A stretch of 64,000 nucleotides of DNA from Nitrospirota bacterium (GCA_963818475.1 CAWFSF010000006.1:736001-800000), one strand, 5' to 3'. Shown: positions 20,246 to 30,624, counted from the stretch's first letter. Program-made: numbers and translations. Notes: generated from the sequence alone by a model not told the origin.

Positions 20246-21449
20246 GATAACCTATGATGTAGATGCCGGGCCGCAAGCCGAGCAGTTCCTCATCCTGCTC
20301 GACTGGGGTGTGCTGACGCAGGAGGAATTCCGTTCTGCCGAGCGTGCGGCGGTCGCCCGGGGCATCGATTTCGAACAGGTCCTCATACGGGAATACGGTG
20401 TCCCGAAACAAACCCTGCTGGCAGCGCTTACCGAATACTATCGATGCCCCTCGATCGAATATGACGAACGGATGCCCGTTCCCGCAGAACTGCTGACCGG
20501 ACTCGACGGCGAACGGCTTTCACTGAACCAGTGGTTCCCGATCATCCACGACAAGAACACGGTCATCATCGCGGCTCGTGACCCCCAGAACCCGCTGCTG
20601 TACGAAGAGGTCCGGAAAGCGATCAAGGCGGAACGCTACGAGTTCCGGGTGGCGCTGGACGAGGACATTCAGTGGTTCATCCAGGACTACCTGCATGCAA
20701 AGCCGGGAACGCTGATCGGGACGGAGCGGACAGGCCTCGCGTACTGGCGCAACACCATGGCCCACTGGAGGACGCGGCTTGCCTGCTACCGGAACGATCT
20801 GGCAGAGGGCCGGACCGATCTCGCCTTCCTCCGCTGGGGGCTGGGGTTTGTCGCCCTGGCAGACGTGCTGCTCCGGTCGCAGACCGACGGTATGGCATGG
20901 GCATACTGGGCACTGAGCGCGGCCGGCACCGTGCTCGGGACCTTCGGCCTCCGGGGGTATCTGAAGGTGCGCAGGACGCGCATGAAGACGCCGGGCCAGC
21001 ATACGCTGGTGGAGGTGACCGCGGCGACACTGCAGTTCCTGGAGAAGTACCACGATCTGGACCAGTGCAGCATCGAACGAACGACAAAAGGGACCATGCT
21101 TGCGCGGCTCGGCGATTGCGTCGGCGGATACAGCACCATCCTCTCTCCCTCTCCGGCAAGCAGGGAACGGACCCATCTGGCACGCGAGCGGAACGTGCTG
21201 GCTGCCCAGCGGACCATCGCCGCCGCGTACCGGACCATTTATGCGCGGGCGCGGACCGGCCTCGCTTTTATCAGGACCGGCGTCGCTTTCACGGGTCTGG
21301 GGTTCGGACTCATGCATTATTTCGCCTTCAGTTGGTCAACGGCTTTTGACGTCCTGCTGATCGCGGCAGGGATCTTCATGGCTATTGACGGGCTGCTGTG
21401 GTATCTGCCGGTGCGGAAGGAACAGGCGGAGGTACCGCGGTGCGGATGA
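20232..21449 (+). CDS. GspE-N/MshEN-like domain fused to two extended DUF202 membrane repeats
   Basis: LLDWGVLTQEE..VLIREYGVPKQTLLAALTEYY..WFPI..IIAARDP, then 2 x [(RTxLAxx)n plus 2 TM]; ORF intact. Confidence 0.85.
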   Translation: MMTYRITYDVDAGPQAEQFLILLDWGVLTQEEFRSAERAAVARGIDFEQVLIREYGVPKQTLLAALTEYYRCPSIEYDERMPVPAELLTGLDGERLSLNQWFPIIHDKNTVIIAARDPQNPLLYEEVRKAIKAERYEFRVALDEDIQWFIQDYLHAKPGTLIGTERTGLAYWRNTMAHWRTRLACYRNDLAEGRTDLAFLRWGLGFVALADVLLRSQTDGMAWAYWALSAAGTVLGTFGLRGYLKVRRTRMKTPGQHTLVEVTAATLQFLEKYHDLDQCSIERTTKGTMLARLGDCVGGYSTILSPSPASRERTHLARERNVLAAQRTIAAAYRTIYARARTGLAFIRTGVAFTGLGFGLMHYFAFSWSTAFDVLLIAAGIFMAIDGLLWYLPVRKEQAEVPRCG

Positions 21450-21542
21450 CGCAAAAGGTTGTACCACGGTGGCTAGGCACAAGATAGAACGTATCGAACA
21501 GTTATGAACCTTTAGAAATCCGTGTTCTGCTAGTTATAGAAC

Positions 21543-22968
21543 ATGATCATGAAAATAGAAAACAAACTCATACTCTCGAACATCATGAACGGCGCGTTCA
21601 TCATCCTGATCGGCTTCTTCGCCTTTCAGAACATGAGCCTCGTGCTTACCAAGCTCAGGTTCGTCGAGATCGCCGACGATCTGAACGCATCTTTTCTCAC
21701 GATGCGACTGTCGGAAAAGAACTATTTTCTCTACCACGACCGCAAGGCGCTCGACGAGATACGGGAAAAGATCACGGACACGATGGACACGATCCAGGGC
21801 GAGAAGAAGGACATCATTCCGGCCATCGGCGAAACAGATCTCAAAAAGCTGGAATCGCTCCTGACGGCCTATTCCGATACGATCGAGGAAGCGCGGGACA
21901 AGAGGCAGCCTGATCCGGAACTGGAGGCGCGGATACGGGCGGCGGGAAAAAAGCTGAAGGAATATTCCGATTCCATAACCCAGCTCGAACGGAAACGGGT
22001 CAGCGATATCATCCTGAACTCGAAGCGGATACTGATCTTCTCGTTCTGGGCCATCCTGTTCTCCGCCTTGTTCATCGGGCATTTCATTTCCCAGAAGATC
22101 CTCAGGTCCTTGCGCGAGATCGAGAAACTGGCAAAGTCCATTTCCGGAGGGCAACTTCAACAAGATAGAAGGGTTCAGGTCCAATGACGAACTGGGCGCG
22201 GTCATCACGGCCATCAATTCCATGTCCGAGGAACTGGGCCATCGCGAGGAGGAGCTTATCCAGTCCAAGAAGCTGGCTTCGCTCGGCATCCTGACCGCGG
22301 GCGTGGCGCATGAGACTCACCAACCCGCTCAACAACATCTCCATGATCGCCCAGACCTACGCCGAGTTGTACGAGAAGCTGAGCGAACAGGACCGCATCG
22401 AGTTCATGAACAAGGTCGATGCGGAGACCGAGCGGATCCGGAAGATCGTGAAGAACCTGCTCGATTTTTCCAAACCCAAGGACGCTACGCCGAGCGAAGG
22501 GGACATCAATTCCGTTATCCAGAAGACGCTCACGCTCGTGCAGAACATGATCGATGTGTCGAACATCGAGACATCGATCCACCTCGCCGACGGTTTGCCC
22601 CATGTGTTCGTCGATGAGCATCAGATCCAGCAGGTCCTGGTGAACCTGGTGACCAATGCGGTCCAGGCCATGTCCACGGGCGGCAGGCTGGTCATTATCA
22701 ACGAGGATCGGGGAAGAACGGAGATTCCGTGGAGATAGGCGTTGCTGATACGGGCAAGGGCATCGCCCCCGAGTTCCTTCCCCATATCTTCGATCCCTTT
22801 TTCAGCACCAAAGGCGAAGGCGGCACCGGGCTCGGGCTTTCGGTCAGCTACGGGATCATCAGGAACCATCACGGAGAGATCAGGGTGGAGAGCAAGGTCG
22901 GCGTCGGCACGACGTTCACGATCGAGCTGCCCCGATACAAGAAAGAGGAGACGAACGATGAAGAGTAA
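21543..22968 (+). CDS. Membrane HAMP sensor histidine kinase, NtrB-like (frameshifted)
   Basis: 2 TM with a periplasmic helical domain; [14 protein letters not shown]; NAVQA; DTGKG; FFSTK; GTGLGL. Confidence 0.9.
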
Positions 22969-23329
22969 CAGGATCATGGTCATTGACGATGAAAAGATCG
23001 TGGGCGACATGGCAAAATTGTCGCTGGAGCAGGAAGGCTATGTTGTGGAGACGTTCCTGAACGCCGAGCCTGCGCTGAAGCGACTGCAGGAGGAAAAATT
23101 TGACGTTGTCGTGACGGATTACAAGATGAAAGGCATCGACGGCATGGAGGTGCTCCGGACTGTGAAGGACCTCTATCCCACGACCCAGGTCATCATGATA
23201 ACCGCCTTTGCCAATCTCGATGCGGCCATCGAAGCGCTCAGGCGGGACGTTCACGATTTCTTCCCCAAGCCGGTCAAGATCAAGGAATTAAAAGCATCGA
23301 TCAAGCGTGCACTTGAAAAGCACGGATAG
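22958..23329 (+). CDS. Single-domain response regulator (receiver)
   Basis: IMVIDDE; VVTDYKM; MITAF; FPKP. Confidence 0.9.
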   Translation: MKSNRIMVIDDEKIVGDMAKLSLEQEGYVVETFLNAEPALKRLQEEKFDVVVTDYKMKGIDGMEVLRTVKDLYPTTQVIMITAFANLDAAIEALRRDVHDFFPKPVKIKELKASIKRALEKHG

Positions 23330-23354
23330 GGCATGAAGCAGGATCGCCGTACAT

Positions 23355-25897
23355 ATGCGGGCATTGCTGCGCGCCCTCAAGCGGGGGCCACGAAACCGGG
23401 AGTCCTTTGAGCAGGTGTTCGGGAACTTCAGGGAGGTCCTCGACCGGAACAACCGTTCTCTCGAGATCATTACCGACATGGGCGATACGCTGGGCGGGGA
23501 TTATCTGTTCGATATCCAGTATGTGCGGAGGTCCTATGCCGAGCTGTACGCGGCAATGGGCGGGTCCCTCGAAAGCTTCACCCGACTGACGCAGGACCGT
23601 TATCCCCAGCTTGCGGAGGTGCTTGCGGGCATCGACGAACGGATCAGGCATGGCATCGAGGAGACCCTGCCCGAATCGAAGGAACTGGTCCTTCCCTATG
23701 ACCGGATCGCCAGCGACAGGCTGCGGGAGGTCGGCGGCAAGAACGCCAACCTGGCAGAGCTCAGGAACGTGTTAAAGTTCGAGGTTCCCGACGGATTCGC
23801 TATCACGACGGGTGCCTTCGATGCGTTCATGCGTCATAACCGTGTTTTTGAGAAGGCCGGACTTCCTGCTGAGAATGGCCCGATGTCCCGAAGCCATGCT
23901 CCGGGAAGTTGTATGAGCTGGTGCTGCACGGCGCCATGCCTCCTGTACTCAGCCGCGCCATCGAACAGGCCGTTCAAAAGATCAGATCGCAGTGCGCCGG
24001 ATGCAGCATCGCCGTTCGCAGCAGCGCAGGCGAAGAGGACGGGGAGTTCTCCTTCGCGGGCCAGTTCGATACGGTCCTGAACGTGCCGCTCGATGCGCGG
24101 GAGATCGAGAAAGCATACCGGAAGGTGATCGCCAGCCTCTTCTCCGGCAAGTCGTCCCTCTATCAGGCCCGGCTGGGCCTTCATCTCAAGGACATGAAAA
24201 TGGCCGTTGCATGCGTGGCCATGGTGGATGCCGAAGCGAGCGGGGTCATATATTCCCGCGATCCCGGCGGGGACCTGAACAGCATGGTCATAAGTTCCAC
24301 CTGGGGTCTGGGTGCTGCCATCGTCGAAGGACAGGCAGACGCCGATCTGTTCATTGTCAGCAGGGAGGGCGATCACGAATTGGTCGGAACGCGGATCGGT
24401 TCCAAAAGCTCCATGGTCGTGCCGGCCGTTGGTTATGGTGTGGTCACGATCGCCACGCCGGCTGATAAGCAAGAGCGGCCGAGCCTGCTTGCCGGGCAGG
24501 TTTCCGAGCTGGCCCGTCTGGCGCTGCGGGTAGAAAAACATTTCAGGAGACCGCAGGATATCGAGTGGGCCATCGACCGGCAGGGGCAGATCGTGCTTCT
24601 GCAGACGAGGCCGCTGCGGACGATCGAGGACAGGTTGCCTGCTGCAGCAGGGCACGTTGATCCTGCCCGCCAGGTCATTGCAAAGGACCTGGGCGTGGCC
24701 GTACAAAAAGGCGCTGCCGCAGGGAAGGTCTTTGTCCTGAAGAACGAACGCGAACTTGATGCCATCCCGCGGGGAGCCATACTGGTCGCGCGCCACGACT
24801 CCTCTCATTTCGTACGCGTCATGACCGAGGTGTCGGCCATCATCACCGATGCCGGGGCACCGACGAGCCACATGGCGGCATTATGCAGGGAATTCAGGAT
24901 CCCGACGGTGGTGAACGCGGTCACGGCAATGGAACTGCTCTCCACGGGGCAGGAAATTACGGTCGCGGTGAATGGCAACGGCGCAACGCTTTATGCGGGA
25001 GCGGACCAACGGCTCGCCGCGCGTGCCATGCGTGATGAGGCGTCCATGGAAGAGCTGTTCGAATTCCGCAAGAAGCGCTATTTGCTGCGCTATATCGCTC
25101 CACTCAACCTCATCGATCCGCTCCGGGATGAGTTCGCACCCGGCGCCTGCAGGACCATGCATGATATCCTGCGGTTCATCCATGAAAAGTCAGTCTCGTC
25201 TTTGATCGAATATGCCGAATATGGCGTGCACTCCGGCACGGTCAGGCTGGACCTGCCGATCCCTGCGGGGATCATGCTCATCGATATCGGGGGCGGACTG
25301 GTGAATCCCGCCCGCGCCGACCATATTCCTGCTGAGCAGGTCACCTCAGAGCCGCTTCGCGCGATCATAAGCGGCATGACCCATCCCGGGACCTGGCGTT
25401 CTGATGCCGTCCCGATGCAGGTCCAAGACTTCATGTCGAGCATGCTGCGCGTGCCGGACCTCATGTCGGATAGCCGCGGAGGGGTCGAAACGAACATGGC
25501 GGTCATCTCAAAAGAATATGTCCACATGAGCCTCAAGTTCGGCTACCATTTTATCGTGCTGGATTGCTTCTGCAGCACGAACGCCCGAAACAACCATGTA
25601 TTTTTCCGGTTCACCGGCGGAGCCACTGACATGTCCAAGCGATCACGGCGGCTTCAGCTGATCGCCCTGATCCTGGAGCAGTACGGTTTTAACATCGGAA
25701 CCAAGGGAGACCTGATCGTAGCCCGCCTTGCCAACATGCCGCAAGCAGAGATGCTTGCCGTTCTGGACCAGCTGGGCCGACTTATTTCCTTCACCCGACA
25801 GCTGGATGCCGTGCTGAACGATGACCACGCAGTGAAGCGCTACGCGCAGTCGTTCCTCGACGGGAACTATGTGTACGCCGGTTCTCCGCAACACTAG
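23355..25897 (+). CDS. PEP synthase/PPDK-like dikinase: ATP-grasp, phospho-His domain and non-canonical C-terminus (frameshift near 23900)
   Basis: VGGKNANL; AVRSSA..ED..SFAGQ; QDIEWA..LQTRP; TSHMAALCREFRIP. Confidence 0.85.
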
Positions 25898-25997
25898 CAC
25901 CGGAGTTGCTCATTATCCATGATTCTGCCCGGTTGATGATACGCCCTTCTCACAATGGTGGCGACGTCGTAAGCATTCCCCGTGGTACTCACTCCAG

Positions 25998-26027
25998 GCT
26001 GAAGGAAAAACTCCTTCAGCTTTTTTT
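25998..26027 (+). terminator. Rho-independent terminator
   Basis: GCTGAAGGA-AAAAC-TCCTTCAGC followed by T7. Confidence 0.8.
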
Positions 26028-26085
26028 GTGATTGCACGGAACTGACAACCTGTGTTACTGTGGCCATGTTGCTTAAAAAATGGGG

Positions 26086-26293
26086 GTAACTATTCAGGTC
26101 AAAAGCAAGGCGTCTCCCGCAGAGTCGCAGAGGCGCAGGGAAGTCGTTAAACGGGGGAAGATCAATTTTTAACCTTTCGTTTGTGAAACAAGGATTATAT
26201 CCGTTGCCATCCCCGCGGCTCAGCGTCTCTGCGCGAAAAGGCTTTCAATTTTGACTTGTTGGAGCCAAATACAAAAACGAGCTGAATAGTTAC
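26086..26293. mobile_element. MITE with 12 bp TIRs enclosing a nonamer palindrome
   Basis: GTAACTATTCAG...CTGAATAGTTAC; internal CGCAGAGTCGCAGAGGCGCAG...GCGTCTCTGCG. Confidence 0.75.
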
Positions 26294-26349
26294 AACGGGT
26301 ATGCGCAGATTGTTCAGTATTAAACGGAGGCCGGGAATATCGATGTTCA

Positions 26350-26630
26350 AGCCTCTATCTTGCCGTGGGGCATTCAGCGCGTCGCGATACCTTTGCCATG
26401 CTCCATACCAAGGGCATTTTTCTCGAACAGAAGCCGATCTCTGTCGGCGTGCGGATTGAGCACCCGGTGGAGATTATAAATCTCATGCGTTATGGCGACA
26501 AATACAAGGACTACTCCGCCATCGGCGCTGCCACCTATTCTCTCAATTACACGGACCGAAAAATAAAGAGGGGCGTGTATACCTTCTGCATGTGTCCCGG
26601 CGGCGAGGTGATGAACCCTTCGTCAGAAGA
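26350..26630 (+). pseudogene. Internal fragment of an FAD-dependent dehydrogenase (COG2509-like)
   Basis: LAVGHSARRDT; GVRIEHP; VYTFCMCPGGEV; both ends missing. Confidence 0.8.
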
Positions 26631-26889
26631 GAACCTCCCTCAGAACATGCTGTTTGTAATATTAGTCAGGTAAAAACTGATATTCCGCTTAATGCATATT
26701 AGTCAGCATTCAAATACTAATGACATCAACCAGTTAAGTCAGGTTTTTTTCTAAAAACATTGACCATAACGACAATCCATGCTACTGTATTTCGTCCCTA
26801 GAATAACTTGTTGGAATAAAACTTGCTCCAACCGGCAATTCGAGACGGGACAAGGCCGCTCGAATATTGGAAGGGAAAGAAACAACGGA

Positions 26890-27130
26890 GATAATAATTC
26901 GATTATTCCTTTACTCCTCGCTTTCATCGCCTTTTTGGGTTGCTCCAAATTTAAAGAAGGTGAATGCATTCAAAATACCGCTGATGGAACCATCTATCGC
27001 ATTACCGCTGTCCACTTCAGTGAATACACACCTTCAAGGGTGGTTCGGTGATAAATGGGGGATTCCTGTAAGCGGCTCGTTCGATGTTATTTGATTCGCG
27101 TTATGTAACGGTAACGTGTCCATATAGTGA
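26890..27130 (+). pseudogene. Small lipoprotein-like ORF remnant
   Basis: LLLAFIAFLGC lipobox; frameshifted; start unclear. Confidence 0.35.
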
Positions 27131-27148
27131 GAAGACAATTAAATAAAA

Positions 27149-27498
27149 TGATTTCTGTAAATGATGTAAAGATGATAATTGTAGCATGGGCGAAAACCCT
27201 TCCTTTTAAAGTCAAGATCCATCTTTTCGGCTCTTTTCTGAAAGGAGATAAGATTCCTTCTGATATTGACATTTCTCTTGAATTTCTTGAACCTTTCTCG
27301 GAGGTAGAACGAACACTCCTTTGGATAAAACATCATAAAAACTGGGAAACGTATCTTTCAGAAAGATTCGGAATGAAGGCCGACCTTCAACTTTATGAAG
27401 CCGACAAAAATATTCCAAAGTACCTTGCATCATCTTCTTTATTGCTATTCGATTCACGGGTATCGGAAGCCGAATACGAAATAAATAAGTGCCAATGA
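27149..27498 (+). CDS. Minimal nucleotidyltransferase (MNT) domain protein, probable cassette gene
   Basis: IHLFGSFLKG....SDIDIS. Confidence 0.75.
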
Positions 27499-27564
27499 TT
27501 ATGCCAAGCTCATGCCCTGCATCAAAAAGTGCATATTTAACTAGTCGCATATCCTAAAAAAATA

Positions 27565-27624
27565 TTCCAACCAGAAGGTCGAGAGAGTCGGGGCTACGCC
27601 CCGCTCCTCACCTTCCTGTTGATC
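27565..27624 (+). other. attC site
   Basis: TTCCAAC..GAAGGT(C)GAG..CGGGGC tac GCCCCG..CTCACCTTC..GTTGATC with an extrahelical base. Confidence 0.8.
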
Positions 27625-27668
27625 CATATTTAAAAGAGAAAAATTTATTCTGAAAGAAGTAATAGCCG

Positions 27669-28487
27669 ATGACCTTGACAAATGTAAGAAACTACGTAGT
27701 TGAACATTGGCCCATCTTGGTTACCTTTGGTGTTGGGATATCCGGCCTTATAGCCTTCCTAAGGAATCTTTACCAAATCAAAAATCTCCGACTTCAAAAT
27801 AAGAAGCTCACGAATGATAACCTCAACGATGAATCTACGATAAGCAGTGACGAGGAGCGGCCACCCCGCTATAAAAATACTCTTTCTGAGTTAGATATCT
27901 TGTACACTGATGTTGCTCGAAACAGCCTAACATTGTTGCCGCTTACAAAAAATCAATTTCTTAATCTGCTATCGATTGAGTTAAAAGCCACCCGTTGTTT
28001 TCTCAAATAGATTATGAGTCACTCCCTTTACCGTTAAAAGGAGGATACTTTGCGATTGTAACGAAAGCTAGCAATAAAATTACGTTGGAAACGATTTCAA
28101 AAAGTGCCGTTAAAAGAGAGCTATTTTGATGCTTGGTCGCAATTGTCGCAGTTATATTTTCAAGCTTACAGATTACCTTTTCGATCTAATCACAACATAC
28201 TGAGCAACGAGAACGAATTCAAGAGATCTTCTAAATTACTAAACCACCTTATTGTCTCTGCACAAAAATATATTAATCAGACAAGGGTGATAGATGATAA
28301 AAACGTGCGTATAGCCTGCCATGACTTAAAAACACGAGCGGCCGCTGCAAGCTTAAAAGCAGAATTCGAATATTTAAAATATATGGATTCGATGGATTCC
28401 TCTTTGCTAGGCAGTATCGCTGTTCAGATGGATATAATAGTTTCCTCTATACACAAAATTCTTGTTGAGTACAGCGTGCCGAAATGA
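27669..28487 (+). CDS. Hypothetical protein with an N-terminal TM, split into 27669-28010 and 28104-28487 (probable frameshifts)
   Basis: AT-rich ORFs directly after attC; no recognised family. Confidence 0.5.
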
Positions 28488-28554
28488 TGCTCTTGTTGTG
28501 AAGCAGTTAGCATAATGGCAAATACTAATTCATGCAGTAGCATCAAAACGCGAA

Positions 28555-28986
28555 ATGGGTAAGCCAAAAAAAAGCATTTTGCTGGTTGATGACGAAGAGT
28601 CTATGTGTGATCTGATTAAAGCTTTTCTAGATAGCGATAGTCAAAGCGTTACAGTTGCGCATAATGGTGATGAAGCTCTTACTCTTTTTAAGAAACAATC
28701 ATTCGACCTAGTGATAACTGATGTTAGAATGCCAGGCATGGACGGAATTCAGCTGCTCGCTCAAATTAAAAAAATTGACTCGAAAATTGATGTGTTCATG
28801 CTTACTGCTTTTGGCGACATTAAAACGTACCAAGAAGCGATAAGCTTGGGGGCAGCAGAATACATTAATAAGCCAACAACTATAAATGAGATCAAGAGTC
28901 TTGTGCAAAATTATCTTAGTAGTTCAAGAAGTGCCTATATATCTCGGATAAAATCAAAAATTATTCGGTTTTGGCTTAAATTATGA
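28555..28986 (+). CDS. Receiver-domain response regulator inside the cassette array
   Basis: ILLVDDE; ITDVRMPGMDG; LTAFG; YINKP; AT-rich. Confidence 0.85.
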   Translation: MGKPKKSILLVDDEESMCDLIKAFLDSDSQSVTVAHNGDEALTLFKKQSFDLVITDVRMPGMDGIQLLAQIKKIDSKIDVFMLTAFGDIKTYQEAISLGAAEYINKPTTINEIKSLVQNYLSSSRSAYISRIKSKIIRFWLKL

Positions 28987-29018
28987 CTGTGTAATGAAAG
29001 TTTTATCATGCCATCTGA

Positions 29019-29078
29019 TTTTAACAGGCGCGTCCACATCGCCTCGCCAATAAGCGGCGAGTGACGCGCGTGTTAAAT
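29019..29078 (+). other. attC site
   Basis: TTTTAAC..CGCGTC(C)AC..TCGCC..GGCGAGTGACGCG..GTTAAAT. Confidence 0.85.
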
Positions 29079-29094
29079 GTCTAGGAGATACAAT

Positions 29095-29463
29095 ATGGAA
29101 GACAAGCTCCTAATAGCAATTGCAGGTGGATTTATTGGTGGTGTCCTTGGGGTAATTGGTACAATTGTCAGTTCTTATTTTGGCCCTAGAAAATTAGAAG
29201 AATGGCGAGAGAAAAGAAAAGCCGAAAAATGGGATGGACCAAGGAAACGTCTTCTGCTTAACATGTTGAATGGCCCGACCATGCAACTGCGGTCAATTGA
29301 AACTCTTTGCAGAGCTTCTGGTACCGAACCAGAAGAATGTCGGCGTCTGCTAATAGAAATTCAAGCAAGAGGTATCCGTCTTAAAGGAAATAGAGAAGGT
29401 TGGGTATTAATAAAAAATAGGCCGCTTGAACAATTAACTGAAGATGAAGAAGCTGCCATTTAA
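29095..29463 (+). CDS. Cassette-borne hypothetical protein (N-terminal TM, possible winged-helix C-terminus)
   Basis: RBS AGGAG; stop codon lies within attC R'' ATTTAAC. Confidence 0.75.
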   Translation: MEDKLLIAIAGGFIGGVLGVIGTIVSSYFGPRKLEEWREKRKAEKWDGPRKRLLLNMLNGPTMQLRSIETLCRASGTEPEECRRLLIEIQARGIRLKGNREGWVLIKNRPLEQLTEDEEAAI

Positions 29464-29517
29464 CAATCGGGTCGAGGCCGACGCGCAAGAAACGCGCGTC
29501 TCACCCGCATGCTGTTC
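29458..29517 (+). other. attC site (degenerate R')
   Basis: ATTTAAC..CGGGT(C)GAG..ACGCGC..GCGCGTCTCACCCG. Confidence 0.75.
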
Positions 29518-29591
29518 CAGCGGTTGGGAAGCGCCGCTGGAATGCCGGCGATAACTCGCTAATTGCCTTGAAACGTGGCTGAGAAACGCCG

Positions 29592-29655
29592 CAGGAACCA
29601 GGCAATCAACATCGACGCCCGCTGCGCGGGCAGCGAGTTATCGCCGGCATTATGT
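29592..29655 (+). other. Degenerate attC site closing a very short ORF-less cassette
   Basis: AAC..GGCAATCAAC..GCCCGC..GCGGGC..GTTATCGCC..ATTATGT. Confidence 0.6.
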
Positions 29656-29732
29656 GTTCTAGAAATGATGAGATTCGATCGGGAGCTGACAATGGATTTT
29701 CGCTCTGATCCCATACGTATATAGAGAGTGCA

Positions 29733-30624
29733 ATGAAGTCAGGTTATATATATGTTTTGGTGCACCCGTCCGATCCTGACCTTTACAAGATTGGAATAAC
29801 AATCCGTAAACCCGAACAGCGATTGGCTCAGCACAATAGCGATTACACCCAAATAGCAGGCCATATTGTTAAAGAAACTGGTCAGAAATGGGAATTGAAG
29901 GAATACCATGCCGTCCCTGATCCTTATTGGGCCGAAAGGGTCTTTTGGGGGAACAACACCTTTCGCAGATGTCCCGTATCGATATGGAGTTGAAGTTGAA
30001 AGGATGGCCTGGGATCAAGTACAGCTAGGACTAGATGCAGCAAAGAAAGCGGGTGTCCTGCCAGGACCAGATCCTTTGCCGGATCATGTGTATGCCTATA
30101 CAGCATCGATCAAAAAACGACTGGAAGGCCGTGGCATCACCCTTTTAGGTTACGTGCGAAGTATTATAAGTGGAAAGGCTAACTTTCGATGCAGCAATGG
30201 CCACGAATGGCGGACGACACCCAAGCATGTGGGAGAAGGTCAAGGCTGTCCTGAGTGCGGGATCGGTGAACAAGATCCAGAAGCAATCAGGCAAAGGATT
30301 AAGGCAGGCGTAATATGTCTATTAACGCACCCTGACAAGCCAGGATTTGTAAGGATTGGGCTGGGTTACGGCACACTCGAAGAGGTTTGCAGAGAAAGTC
30401 CTTGGGGCGACTGGGAGGTGCATCGCAATCGAAATGTCGAGGAAGTCGCTTTAGCTGAATCACTAATCTGGGAATTGCTGGGTGAACTCCTACCCCATGG
30501 TAGCGAACCAATCAAAAAGGATTTGAATGAAGCAGAGGATGCCTTCCGCAAATTGATTTACGCGATGCAAGAAGAGATTGCTTTTGAGGAGAGAAGAAAA
30601 GAGGACACTCATAAGACTGACTGA
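29733..30624 (+). CDS. GIY-YIG (T5orf172-like) nuclease with a zinc ribbon and a second degenerate GIY-YIG (frameshift near 29950)
   Basis: GYIYVL..LYKIGIT..PEQRLAQHN; CSNGHEW..GCPEC; GVICLLTHPDKPGFVRIG. Confidence 0.75.

Noticed and set aside
20270-20450. Canonical c-di-GMP binding by the MshEN-like domains
   Set aside because: The RLG...LxxQ motif residues are missing in both paralogs, so only fold similarity is claimed.
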